NCBI GenBank assembly: GCA_008501735.1
Contig: QQUF01000053.1
Coordinates: 61,163 to 125,162, forward strand
Source: Calditrichota bacterium
GTDB lineage: Bacteria > CLD3
Direction of reading: 5' to 3'
DNA: 64,000 nt
Positions 52,592-62,241 of the stretch are shown here, piece by piece. The position numbers and the translations under genes are program-made. The notes under the pieces are model-generated. The model saw nothing but the letters and a program-made list of their open reading frames with translations, searched no databases and was not told the origin of the DNA. The first letter of the stretch is position 1; the number at the start of each line of letters is the position of its first letter.

Positions 52592-55579
52592 ATGAACAAA
52601 AAGTTAATCTCACTTTCTATGACATTGTTGCTTTCCTCACTCAGTTTTTCCCAATCTCAAGTCGGAAGTTTTGACTTAGAGCCTTGCGGAAGTGTACTTA
52701 CTGAAGAAGATGCAAATTGGATTCGTCAAAATGACCCTTTTTATGGAAAGGACATTTCGTCAATCCTTAAAAATAAGTATGGGAATTATGCAAATACAAC
52801 TTTTACAGTTCCAGTTACAATTCATATTGTAAGAACTAGTGCAGGAACTGACGGACTTCCAGGAGCTCAGTTGACTCAAGGTATGACAGATTTGAATAGC
52901 TATTTCTCATCAGTTGGAATTCAGTTTACACAGCAAGGAGCAACAAATTACATTGACAGCGATGCTTTTTATTCAATCTCAAGTGATTCTGAAAGAAACA
53001 CTTTGAGAAATACTTACAATGTTTCGAATACCATTAATCTTTATTTTGTTGACTATGTACAAAATTCTTGTGGAATTTCATCTTTCTCATTTTCTACTGT
53101 TCAGGGAATCGTAATTGATAACGATTGTATGGGACTTGCGATTAATCCAAGTACTTTTCCTCACGAGGTCGGTCATTATTTTGATTTGTTTCACACACAC
53201 GAAACCGGCATTGCGAGTGAATTAGTTGATGGCTCAAATTGTAGTATTGCAGGAGACTTAGTTTGTGATACTCCAGCAGACCCGAATGTCTCAGGTGATG
53301 TTTCAGCATTTCCAACTTGTGGTTACACTGGAAGTGGAACAGATGGAAATGGAGATACTTATGTTCCAAGTACTTCTAATACTATGTCTTATTCATTAAA
53401 GGAATGTAGAACTACTTTTACAACTCAGCAAAGAGATAGAATGTTAGCGAACTTACTTTTTGTAAGGAATACAGAATTACTGGCTTCACCAACAATTGCC
53501 TTAGACAAAACTACTTCTACAAAAACTTTGTCGGCAGGTTCAACAGCAAGTGAAAAGGTTAATGTTTCAAACACAACGGCAAACACAAGTCTCAACTGGA
53601 GTGTTAGTATGAGTTCTGTTTCTGGTCCTTCTGCTGTCAGTAACAAAGAAGTTTCTGAGCTTAACGCTTCTGGTGGTCCAGATAATTTTGGCTACACTTA
53701 CAAAGATTCGAGTGAGCCAGATGGACCAACTTACACTTGGAACGATATTTCAGGAACAGGAACAGCAATCGGGAACAGTTGGACGGGATTTGGAAAAGAT
53801 GAAGCTGTTTTTACTTTGCCAATCGGATTTGATTTCCCTTTTTATGGCGGTTACTACGATACGGTTTTTGTAAATACAAATGGCTTCCTCAGCTTTAACT
53901 TTCACACTGAATTACCTTATACCTATTTAAATGGCTCGATTCCAAGCAATGATGAAATTAATAATATTATCGCTCCATTTTGGGACGATATGAATGGAGG
54001 CACTACAGGAGAAGTTTATTACTTAAAAACTGCAAGTACATTGACAATTCAGTACAATCTATGGGCAAGGTCAGGTACGACTTCTTATAAAACATTTCAA
54101 GTCGTTTTGTCTTCAAATGGAAAAATTAACTTTTACTACAATTCTATGATTGGGACAAGTTCAAGTTGTACAATTGGCATAGAAAATGGTGCTGGAAATG
54201 ATGGTTTGGAACTTGTTGAAAATGGAGGTTATGTTTTTAGTCCTTTAGCAGTTGAATTTACTTATCCACTTTCTTGGCTCTCAGTTTCTTCGGGAAATGG
54301 AAAAATCGAAAGTACAAGCAATGAAGATGTTAACATTAATTTTGATGCAACAGGTCTTGCAAATGGAACTTATTCTGCAAACGTGAATTTTGGAAGTAAT
54401 GATACTACTAACCCAACAAAGACAGTTGCAGTTTCTCTTGTTGTTGCTGACCCTCCTCCAACAGTTGATGATTCGGATACAGAAGCAGTTACAGGAGATG
54501 GAACAGTTGATTTTGTCGGTGGAACTTCGGGTGGGGTAATTGCGGCTTTGCAAAATGACGGAGCAGGAAATCTCGGAAATGTTACAATCTCAGTTGATGA
54601 TGGAAATTCCACGACTTACGGTGGTGTGAATGTGATTGACAGAAGATTTACAATTACTTCTGATAATCCTGTTACTCCAGGTGGAGCGGTTTTGGTAAAA
54701 TTTCACGTTACACAAGCAGAACTTGATGCTGCAGGAGTTACTTTTGCTGACGCGGTTCCTTTCGATTGTGCTTTTACACCTTGTCAAGGAGGTTATCCAA
54801 CAAAAGCTGCTGCGGTTGCTGTAACTCCTCCTGATAATTCAGGAATCGGAAAAGATGTTGATGATTCCGACAACTCAAATCCAAATGATGTTGTAATTGC
54901 TGCTTGGTTTACTTCTTTCTCACCTTTTGTTATCGGAGACCAAGACGACATTCCGCTTCCGATTGAACTTGCAAGTTTCGAAGGTGTTCAAAAAGGAAAA
55001 AATGTTCAGTTAAATTGGGCAACTCACTCGGAGCTCAACAACAGAGGCTTTAGAATTTACAGAAGTGAAAATCCAACCGAAGAATTTTACAAAATTGCTG
55101 ATTTTGAAGGACATTCCGAATTGCTCGGAAGTGGAAATTCAAGTAATTTACTCAGCTATGAATTTTTAGACAGAAAAGTTGAATACGGAAACAAATATTT
55201 TTATCAATTGGCAGATGTTGATTTATCTAACTTTGAAACACTCCAAGAGGAAATAGTTGAGGTTTCTGTTGAAGCCCCTGAAGAAGAAATTATCGAAAAG
55301 TTCGAGTACGAACTCGCACAGAATTTCCCGAACCCTTTTAACCCTGAAACTTCGATTGCTTACTCTTTGGAAAAAGAAAGTTTCGTAAGCCTTGAAGTTT
55401 ACAACCTTTTGGGACAAAAAGTAAAGTCGCTTGTTTCAGTTAAGCAAAAAGCGGGAAAACATTCGGCAGTTTGGGACGGAACAGACGAAAATGGCAAAGT
55501 TGTCAGCTCAGGAATTTACTACTACAAAATCCAAGCAGGAAACTTCACAGAAAATCGGAAAATGGTTTTCTTAAAATAA
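52592..55579 (+). CDS. Secreted pappalysin-like (M43) metalloprotease with NIDO-like and C-terminal sorting domains
   Basis: HEVGHYFDLFHTH, CDTPAD, Met-turn NTMSY; GGPDNFGY, IAPFWDD; PLPIELASF; QNFPNPFNP. Confidence 0.88.
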   Translation: MNKKLISLSMTLLLSSLSFSQSQVGSFDLEPCGSVLTEEDANWIRQNDPFYGKDISSILKNKYGNYANTTFTVPVTIHIVRTSAGTDGLPGAQLTQGMTDLNSYFSSVGIQFTQQGATNYIDSDAFYSISSDSERNTLRNTYNVSNTINLYFVDYVQNSCGISSFSFSTVQGIVIDNDCMGLAINPSTFPHEVGHYFDLFHTHETGIASELVDGSNCSIAGDLVCDTPADPNVSGDVSAFPTCGYTGSGTDGNGDTYVPSTSNTMSYSLKECRTTFTTQQRDRMLANLLFVRNTELLASPTIALDKTTSTKTLSAGSTASEKVNVSNTTANTSLNWSVSMSSVSGPSAVSNKEVSELNASGGPDNFGYTYKDSSEPDGPTYTWNDISGTGTAIGNSWTGFGKDEAVFTLPIGFDFPFYGGYYDTVFVNTNGFLSFNFHTELPYTYLNGSIPSNDEINNIIAPFWDDMNGGTTGEVYYLKTASTLTIQYNLWARSGTTSYKTFQVVLSSNGKINFYYNSMIGTSSSCTIGIENGAGNDGLELVENGGYVFSPLAVEFTYPLSWLSVSSGNGKIESTSNEDVNINFDATGLANGTYSANVNFGSNDTTNPTKTVAVSLVVADPPPTVDDSDTEAVTGDGTVDFVGGTSGGVIAALQNDGAGNLGNVTISVDDGNSTTYGGVNVIDRRFTITSDNPVTPGGAVLVKFHVTQAELDAAGVTFADAVPFDCAFTPCQGGYPTKAAAVAVTPPDNSGIGKDVDDSDNSNPNDVVIAAWFTSFSPFVIGDQDDIPLPIELASFEGVQKGKNVQLNWATHSELNNRGFRIYRSENPTEEFYKIADFEGHSELLGSGNSSNLLSYEFLDRKVEYGNKYFYQLADVDLSNFETLQEEIVEVSVEAPEEEIIEKFEYELAQNFPNPFNPETSIAYSLEKESFVSLEVYNLLGQKVKSLVSVKQKAGKHSAVWDGTDENGKVVSSGIYYYKIQAGNFTENRKMVFLK

Positions 55580-55587
55580 ATTCTACT

Positions 55588-55621
55588 AAGACCTGAAAGG
55601 TTTCAAAACCTTTCAGGTCTT
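55588..55621. repeat. REP-like palindrome, copy 1
   Basis: AAGACCTGAAAGGTTT-CA-AAACCTTTCAGGTCTT. Confidence 0.75.
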
Positions 55622-55638
55622 TCTTTTTAGAGGAAGAA

Positions 55639-56094
55639 ATGAAACACTTTATTGTTGAGTTAAACCAAGTAATCGGAACTTTAAAATATTTTGTGAGTGA
55701 GTATAAAAAATTAGATTCCAAAACACCCGAATTTTTAAATTGTCCTTCTTGGATTGCAGGTCATTCAGCTTTTGGAATTTACGATATGATTCTTCGACCC
55801 TTGGGAAGTGATTTTGAATTTCCTGAAAATTACCACACATTTTTCAAAACGGGTTCAACTCGCATTCCTGAAAGTGAATATCCAAAAATTGAAGAAATTT
55901 TAGAAACTTTAGACAAAGTTGTAAATGAAGCAAAAAAGTTAATCGGAAATCTTTCAGGAGGAGAAATTGGGCTACCGAAAGACTTAAGAGAAGAAGGATT
56001 TTTTTCAATTGAAAATCTAATCACTCATACAATCCAAGACATTGCTTACCACAATGGTCAGCTTTCTTACTTGGTTAGGTTTTTAAACAAATAA
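55639..56094 (+). CDS. DinB-like four-helix bundle protein
   Basis: PSWIAGH...AYHNGQL. Confidence 0.7.
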   Translation: MKHFIVELNQVIGTLKYFVSEYKKLDSKTPEFLNCPSWIAGHSAFGIYDMILRPLGSDFEFPENYHTFFKTGSTRIPESEYPKIEEILETLDKVVNEAKKLIGNLSGGEIGLPKDLREEGFFSIENLITHTIQDIAYHNGQLSYLVRFLNK

Positions 56095-56112
56095 TTTTAC
56101 AAAGGAAAAAAT

Positions 56113-56427
56113 ATGTTTGCGGTAATTTTAGAATTTGATATTCTTGAAGGAAAAGAGGAAGAGTTTAGAGAGGCTTGGAGCGAAGTAACAAAATTTATTT
56201 ACCAAAATTTTGGTAGTTTAGGTTCTCGTTTGCACAAAGCAAAAACAGGGAAATTCATTGCATACGCTCAGTGGCCCGACAAAGAGACTTACTTCTCAGA
56301 ACACAAATGGACAGAAGAAGGAATTAAGTGTGGAAAAAGAATGCGAGCGACTTACAGGTCAGAAACCAAAGTTTTGCAAATGCTTGAAATGGACATTGAT
56401 TTGACAAAAGATAAAGTTTATAAATAA
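56113..56427 (+). CDS. Antibiotic-biosynthesis-monooxygenase (ABM) family protein
   Basis: GKEEEFREAW...GSLGSRLH...IAYAQW. Confidence 0.75.
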   Translation: MFAVILEFDILEGKEEEFREAWSEVTKFIYQNFGSLGSRLHKAKTGKFIAYAQWPDKETYFSEHKWTEEGIKCGKRMRATYRSETKVLQMLEMDIDLTKDKVYK

Positions 56428-56429
56428 AG

Positions 56430-56465
56430 AACACTTGAAAGGTTTTAGAAAACCTTTCAAGTGTT
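56430..56465. repeat. REP-like palindrome, copy 2
   Basis: AACACTTGAAAGGTTTT-AG-AAAACCTTTCAAGTGTT. Confidence 0.75.
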
Positions 56466-56469
56466 AAAC

Positions 56470-58281
56470 CTATTTAACCAAAGTCATTTTTCTTGTTTCT
56501 GATTTTCCACTTTCAGTTAAAAGTTGGTAAAAATAAGTGCCTGAACTTACGTTAAAACCTTTGGCATTTTTGCCATTCCAAACAACAGAACCTTCCGAAT
56601 TTTTCAAATTAAATTCTTTGATTCTATCGCCAAGAACATTAAAAATTACCAATTTTCCTGAATTGTCCACAGATAATTTATAATCAATTTTTGTGCTCGG
56701 GTTAAAAGGATTCGGGAAATTTTGCTTTAATGAAAAAACATTTGGTAAAGTTACTGCTTGCTCTTGAACGGAAGTAACAAAGCCTGCGTTTTCAGTTGCC
56801 AAGTAAAAATCGTTCACAGCAACGTTTGTATAAATTTCCGTTCCGCCGATTGACCATTCGATTTTTATTGAATCAATAATTGTTGCATCTCCAAGTCCGA
56901 AATGACAACGCAAACTGTTTTGGCTCAAGTAACCAGTACAACCCGAAATTTCTCGCATTTGCCAAACAGGTGTTCCGTTGATTGTCGCTTTAATTCTAAC
57001 TTTTGTTCCGATTGCCGAAACATTGGAATTTGTTCCGATACATTCGATGTTTACCCAATTGTTATTCGTTCCGTTGTTGATGAAAATTTTGTCATTTTTG
57101 CCGTTGAAGTTTGCAAGGTAAACGTCTAAATCTCCGTCATTTTCAACGTCGCCGAAAATTACTCCAGCCCAACAACCTGTTACAAGTAAATCGTCTTCTG
57201 AATCTCCGGGAAGAATTTTGGTAAAACCTAAAGTTCCGTTGTTTTCATACAAAAAAACAACGTCAGTTCCAGGACCTCCGTTTGCGACAATTAAATCCAA
57301 ATCTCCGTCGTTGTCGTAATCGCCCCAAGCACTTCCTTCTCCTGTTCCGCCATTTGAAACAACAGGACTAATCAAAATTTTCGTGAAAGTTCCGTTTCCG
57401 TTGTTTCGGTAAAGATTGTCGTTTTGGTTAAAATTACAGACGAACAAATCCATATCTCCATCATTGTCGTAATCGCCCCAACTACAACCGATTGAACCAA
57501 AAACATCAGTTGCAATCGCTCCGTTAGTAACTTTTGTAAAACTGCCGTCGTTGTTGTTTTGGTAAAGAAAATTTGAAGTGTTGGAATTTGCAACGAAAAG
57601 GTCAAGGTCATTGTCGTTGTCGTAATCGCTCCAACCCGGAGTAAAACCTGTTCCTGCATTACTGACAAGTTCACCTGCGGGAGCAGAAGCTAAGATTTTT
57701 GTAAAAGTTCCGTTACCGTTGTTTGTGTAAAAACAATCAACTCCGGGACCAGAACCTGCGGGATTTAAGTTCTGAATTACAAACAAATCCAAATCTCCGT
57801 CTTTGTCGTAATCCGCCCAACTACAACCTTGCGAAAATCCGACTGAACTTGAAATATCGTTATCGTAATATTTTGTGAAGTAGCCGTTTCCATTGTTCTT
57901 GTAGAGGAAGTCAACTCTTGAACTGTCAAAACCTCCGTTTGCAACGAAAAGGTCAATCCAACCATCATTGTCAAAATCTCCCCAAGTTCCGTTTTCCGTC
58001 ATAACAATGTCGGTAACGATTATTCCTGTGTCAATTTTGGTGAAGTTTCCGAGACCGTCATTTTCGTAGAGAAAATTGACAGCACTTTTTCGCGGATTGT
58101 TTCCTGCAAAAAGGTCAAGGTCTCCGTCTTTGTCGTAATCAATGAAATTTCCGCCTTCTGTCCAACCGACATCAGTTGAAATGTCAACTCCAAAAACGTC
58201 GGTAAAAGTCTGTGCTTTCAGCGTCAGTGAAAAGGTTAAAAGTGTAAGGGAAGCGAATGAGATTTTGTAAAGGTTCTTCAT
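56470..58281 (-). CDS. Secreted CRTAC1-like FG-GAP propeller plus ASPIC/UnbV domain and sorting domain (start likely ATG 58281)
   Basis: W(G/A/S)DYDxDGDLDLFV repeats; SNVSAIGTKV...GYLSQN..HFGLG; QNFPNPFNP. Confidence 0.88.
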   Translation of the reverse strand: MKNLYKISFASLTLLTFSLTLKAQTFTDVFGVDISTDVGWTEGGNFIDYDKDGDLDLFAGNNPRKSAVNFLYENDGLGNFTKIDTGIIVTDIVMTENGTWGDFDNDGWIDLFVANGGFDSSRVDFLYKNNGNGYFTKYYDNDISSSVGFSQGCSWADYDKDGDLDLFVIQNLNPAGSGPGVDCFYTNNGNGTFTKILASAPAGELVSNAGTGFTPGWSDYDNDNDLDLFVANSNTSNFLYQNNNDGSFTKVTNGAIATDVFGSIGCSWGDYDNDGDMDLFVCNFNQNDNLYRNNGNGTFTKILISPVVSNGGTGEGSAWGDYDNDGDLDLIVANGGPGTDVVFLYENNGTLGFTKILPGDSEDDLLVTGCWAGVIFGDVENDGDLDVYLANFNGKNDKIFINNGTNNNWVNIECIGTNSNVSAIGTKVRIKATINGTPVWQMREISGCTGYLSQNSLRCHFGLGDATIIDSIKIEWSIGGTEIYTNVAVNDFYLATENAGFVTSVQEQAVTLPNVFSLKQNFPNPFNPSTKIDYKLSVDNSGKLVIFNVLGDRIKEFNLKNSEGSVVWNGKNAKGFNVSSGTYFYQLLTESGKSETRKMTLVK

Positions 58282-58404
58282 TGCTTTTGCCTTTCGGTTA
58301 AGGTTAAGATTTCTCGCTTTTAGCAAACCGAAAGGAATTTCACCTCAAGGCTTAGCTAAAATTGTGTTAAGGTTAAAAAAGGTTTTTAGCAAAAATTTTG
58401 TTTT

Positions 58405-58440
58405 AAAATCAATTTGCAACCGAAAAAGCAAATTGATTTT
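58405..58440 (-). terminator. Hairpin immediately after the 696-aa gene
   Basis: AAAATCAATTTGC-loop-GCAAATTGATTTT. Confidence 0.65.
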
Positions 58441-60531
58441 CTAATCGAATCCCGGAGCAGTTGTGTCAGGTTCTGTTAGAAATGGTTGGTAATTCACAAT
58501 TCCCAAGTTTGAGTCATCAAAGAAGTCGAAAATTTTATCTTGAATTTCAGATTCGTCAGTTGTTCCCCACCAATTGTTTGAAAGGTCAATGTCAATGGAA
58601 GAGCTATTGTAGATTTCAAACTCGTTTGAGGGGTTTGAAAAATTATTGTTATTAAACTCAGTTATGACATTTTGTTCTGAGTTAATTTGAAAGCCTTGAA
58701 ATGATGAATTTGTGCAAATATTATCAATAATAGAGTTATAAGAAATTTTTGCATTTATCAAATTATCATTTGTAGGATAAATGCTTAAATATCCCAAATA
58801 ATAATTAGAAGTATTTCCTTTAATAAAATTATTTTTAATGTTTAGTTGAGAAGGTAAGTGATGTTGAAAATTGATGTTAATAATGGAATTATTGCAATGA
58901 TTATTGATGAAATCATTCTCATTAACTATTATTTCACTTTTAAGCGTGCGAATATCAGCTAATTCATTACTTATGTTATTTTGAAAAAGATTATTCTGAA
59001 TTAATGTTTGACTATTACCCAAATTAGATGTGGCGTATAAATCAAGTTTTAAAAGAAAGTTACCTTCGTTTGAATCAAAAACATTGTTTATTAAAAAAAA
59101 ATTTTTAAATGCATAAAAACTACTTCCTCTTATAGCTATATCATTTTTTTCAAATTTACAATTTAAGATTGAAATGTCATTTTCACCATTATCTAAGTCA
59201 AAATAAACTCCTATTTCTGATGAAAATTCGATTTTTACAAAATTCAGAAAAAATGATTTGTTGGAATAAACCATTCCATTTTCATTTCCTCCGTAAGAAA
59301 TATTGCAATGTTCTAAAATTGAACCACTAATGTAATTTCCGAGAGAATCTATCTCTGCTCCGACCGCTTCTTCTGTGAAATAAATATTTTGCCATTCGCC
59401 CGGATTTGGTCTTGGTGAGGTAAAAATTATTTTCTCATTTTCCGTTCCGATTGCAATTAGTTCTCCGTTGATTTGCAAAGATTTATCTTTTCCCATAAAA
59501 ATTTCTGTTCCGGATTCAATCGTCAAAGTCGCTCCCGATTCCACACGAATGTTGTTGTTTACAAAATACGGACTGTTTGCTTTTGTCCAAGTTGTGTTGG
59601 TTGTGATGAAGTTGTTAATCTCTGTTGCTTGAATTATTGTGAAGTTCCAAGTTTCACTCCATTCTCCCCAAACTCCGTCAGAATTTTTAATTTTTACGTG
59701 CCAGTAAAAAGGTTTGCCTAAATCCAAAATGTTTGAAATTGAAACTTCCGATTCTGTTAAAGTCGAATCAGCAAATAAAATATTTGAACTAAAATCTTGC
59801 TCTTCACTAATTTCCACGAAGTAAACAGAAGCAGAATCAACGTCTTCCCAATCAAAACTTGGAGTTTGTGTCAAAATCGTTTCATCATTAAGTGGGTCGG
59901 GAATTTCAGGAATCGGAAGTTTTGTTGTAAAACTCCAAGGAGTTGTCCACTCAGTCCAAGAGTCATTCAAAGTCTGAACTCGAACTCGCCAAAAATAAGT
60001 TTGGTTGTTCTCTAAAGGTGGAAGCTCAAATTCGTCATTTTTTATTGTGTCAACGTCAACAACAATTCCACTCAAGAAATTCTCTGATTCGCTAACTTGA
60101 ACCGCATAATTTTGAAAAACACTCAATCTGCTCCAATCCAAATTCGGAGAGGTCTCGGGAATTGTGTCTTGGTTAAAAGGTCTTGAATGGTAAAGGTTAA
60201 AGAAAGATTCGGGCAAAAGTTCGATGTTCAAATTTATGTTTGTAGAATCACTGTTACTTAGTTCTAATTCCTGTAAATCACTCACGAAACCGTCCTGTGA
60301 AAAAAGTAATTTCCAAGAACCTGAACTTAGCTCGACTTCATAAGTTCCGTCAAAATCCGAAACTGTAGAAATATCAGAATCTTCAACTTGAACTTTAGCT
60401 CCGATTAGCGGGTTTTTATTAGTTCCGTGAATGACACTTCCACTGATTTGAAAAGTCTTTTCCGAATTATCTGAACTACAACCAAAAAATAAAGTGGTTG
60501 CCAAAAGTAAAAACCCTAAAAACTTAGTCAT
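58441..60531 (-). CDS. Lipoprotein: carboxypeptidase-regulatory-like domain, two FN3-like domains, Asn-rich beta-helix
   Basis: Lipobox FFGC; PLIGAKV; YFWRVR..W..W.FTT; TWTKANSPY..ATLTIE; NNWWGTTD..I.D.FDD. Confidence 0.78.
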   Translation of the reverse strand: MTKFLGFLLLATTLFFGCSSDNSEKTFQISGSVIHGTNKNPLIGAKVQVEDSDISTVSDFDGTYEVELSSGSWKLLFSQDGFVSDLQELELSNSDSTNINLNIELLPESFFNLYHSRPFNQDTIPETSPNLDWSRLSVFQNYAVQVSESENFLSGIVVDVDTIKNDEFELPPLENNQTYFWRVRVQTLNDSWTEWTTPWSFTTKLPIPEIPDPLNDETILTQTPSFDWEDVDSASVYFVEISEEQDFSSNILFADSTLTESEVSISNILDLGKPFYWHVKIKNSDGVWGEWSETWNFTIIQATEINNFITTNTTWTKANSPYFVNNNIRVESGATLTIESGTEIFMGKDKSLQINGELIAIGTENEKIIFTSPRPNPGEWQNIYFTEEAVGAEIDSLGNYISGSILEHCNISYGGNENGMVYSNKSFFLNFVKIEFSSEIGVYFDLDNGENDISILNCKFEKNDIAIRGSSFYAFKNFFLINNVFDSNEGNFLLKLDLYATSNLGNSQTLIQNNLFQNNISNELADIRTLKSEIIVNENDFINNHCNNSIININFQHHLPSQLNIKNNFIKGNTSNYYLGYLSIYPTNDNLINAKISYNSIIDNICTNSSFQGFQINSEQNVITEFNNNNFSNPSNEFEIYNSSSIDIDLSNNWWGTTDESEIQDKIFDFFDDSNLGIVNYQPFLTEPDTTAPGFD

Positions 60532-60547
60532 TGTCTTAAACCCCTAA

Positions 60548-61630
60548 TTAAAAATTATTAACTTCCTTCACGTAACTATCAAAATTTCTTTTTGTCTCTG
60601 AAACCGAATCTCCACCGAATTTTTCCAAAAAAGCTTGAGCAAGTACAAAAGCAGTCAAATTCTTTGCGATGATTGAACAAGCAAAAACTGCCGTTATATC
60701 GCTTCGTTCTCTGTGGGAAAAAGCAACTTCTTTAGTCTCCAAGTTTACCGAATTAAGTGGTTTCATCAAAGTTGGAATTGGCTTCATTGAAAGTGTTACC
60801 TCAATGTCAGAACCTGTTGACATTCCGCCTTCGATTCCACCCGAATTGTTACTTTTCCTGTAAAAACCTTCTTCTTTGCCCCAAAAAATTTCGTCGTGAA
60901 CTTCAGAGCCTTTGAGTTCGGCAATTTTTGTTCCAAGCCCAAACTCGACAGCTTTAATTGCTTGAATGCTTGTAAGTTGGAAGGCAAGTCTTGCGTCAAG
61001 TTTTTTATCCCAATGAACGTAACTTCCCAAACCAACAGGAACATTTTTAGCGACGACTTTTATTTTTCCGCCAAGTGTAAAACCTTGTTCTTTCGCCTCG
61101 TCAATTTTTGCTTTTGTGTTTTTTTCTCCCGAAACTCCACCAATGCTCAAAACTTCCGTTTCAATTTGAATTCCGAATTCAGACAAGAATTTTTTGCAAA
61201 TTGCACCGACAGCAGTTCTCATCGCAGTTTCTCTTGCACTGCTTCTTTCGAGGACGTTCCGAGCATCTGAAAAACCGAATTTCAAAACTCCATTTAAGTC
61301 TGCGTGTCCGGGACGAGGAACTAAAACTTTTTTTTCTGAATTCTTATTTTCTTCGGGAGACATCACTTCTTGCCAATTTGCAAAATCTTTGTTTTCCAAA
61401 ATTAGACTGATTGGGCTTCCGATTGTTTTTCCGTGCCGAACTCCGCTGTAAATTTTGATTTTATCGGTTTCAATTTTTTGGCGATTACTTCTACCGTAAC
61501 CTTGTTGCCTGAGTGCAAGTTCTGTGTTAATGTCTTCTGCCGTTAGCTCAAGTCCTGCGGGAATTCCTTCGAGGATTCCGATTAAACCTTGTCCGTGTGA
61601 TTCGCCTGCTGTCAAATATCTTAGTAGCAT
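60548..61630 (-). CDS. aroC: Chorismate synthase
   Basis: TAGESHG, RPGHAD, ERSSARETA, NNSGGIEGGMS, MKPIPT. Confidence 0.97.
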   Translation of the reverse strand: MLLRYLTAGESHGQGLIGILEGIPAGLELTAEDINTELALRQQGYGRSNRQKIETDKIKIYSGVRHGKTIGSPISLILENKDFANWQEVMSPEENKNSEKKVLVPRPGHADLNGVLKFGFSDARNVLERSSARETAMRTAVGAICKKFLSEFGIQIETEVLSIGGVSGEKNTKAKIDEAKEQGFTLGGKIKVVAKNVPVGLGSYVHWDKKLDARLAFQLTSIQAIKAVEFGLGTKIAELKGSEVHDEIFWGKEEGFYRKSNNSGGIEGGMSTGSDIEVTLSMKPIPTLMKPLNSVNLETKEVAFSHRERSDITAVFACSIIAKNLTAFVLAQAFLEKFGGDSVSETKRNFDSYVKEVNNF

Positions 61631-61680
61631 TTAATTTTCTAATTTTTATGAAATTTATTTTTGCAGTTCTTCATTTACTA

Positions 61681-61845
61681 ATGAAAGCCACTAACTCAAA
61701 AGGTAAGAAAATGCTTCAGAAAATACTTCCTGCCAATGAAATTAAAAGACGAAAAAAATTTTCTTACCAAGCTGCTGTCAGTTTGCTGATTTTGAGCGGA
61801 GTTGTAGCAACATTTTTCATTTTAGAATTTGTTGAAGGACTTTAA
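61681..61845 (+). CDS. Possible small single-TM protein
   Basis: Fills the gap between aroC and the Rid gene; basic stretch followed by a hydrophobic helix; start uncertain. Confidence 0.35.
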   Translation: MKATNSKGKKMLQKILPANEIKRRKKFSYQAAVSLLILSGVVATFFILEFVEGL

Positions 61846-62240
61846 TCAGGGATTACAGCTGTTCCTTCAATTTCCAAAAGATAATCGTCTTCAAAAAGAC
61901 TTTTCACTTCGCACAGTGTCATTGCAGGAAAATTCTTGCCGAAAAGTTCGCGGTAAATTTTCCCGATTTCTTTACCATTTTTAGCATAAGCATTTTTGTC
62001 TGTTGTAAAAATATTAATCTTAACAAGGTTTTCAGGTTTTCCGCCACCTTCTGTTAAGACTGCTTTGAAGTTCGTCATTGCTTGTCTGAATTGTCCGACG
62101 ATGTCTCCAACTGAAACCATTTCTCCATTTTTATCGTGTGCGACTTGCCCAGCGATGAATAAAAAATTTCCTTTTGCAAGAACTCCGTGAGCGTAACCGA
62201 TTGGCTTTTCTAAAGATTCAGGATTTACTTGTTTATGCAT
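61842..62240 (-). CDS. RidA/YjgF-family enamine deaminase-like protein
   Basis: PIGYAHG, FIAGQV, FPAMTL, LEIEGTA. Confidence 0.88.
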   Translation of the reverse strand: MHKQVNPESLEKPIGYAHGVLAKGNFLFIAGQVAHDKNGEMVSVGDIVGQFRQAMTNFKAVLTEGGGKPENLVKINIFTTDKNAYAKNGKEIGKIYRELFGKNFPAMTLCEVKSLFEDDYLLEIEGTAVIPD

Positions 62241-62241
62241 T

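Noticed and set aside
58326-58350. FMN or cobalamin riboswitch (GGTGAAATTCC)
   Set aside because: Only one T-loop-like piece is present and the other conserved boxes are missing; kept only as an unknown structured leader.
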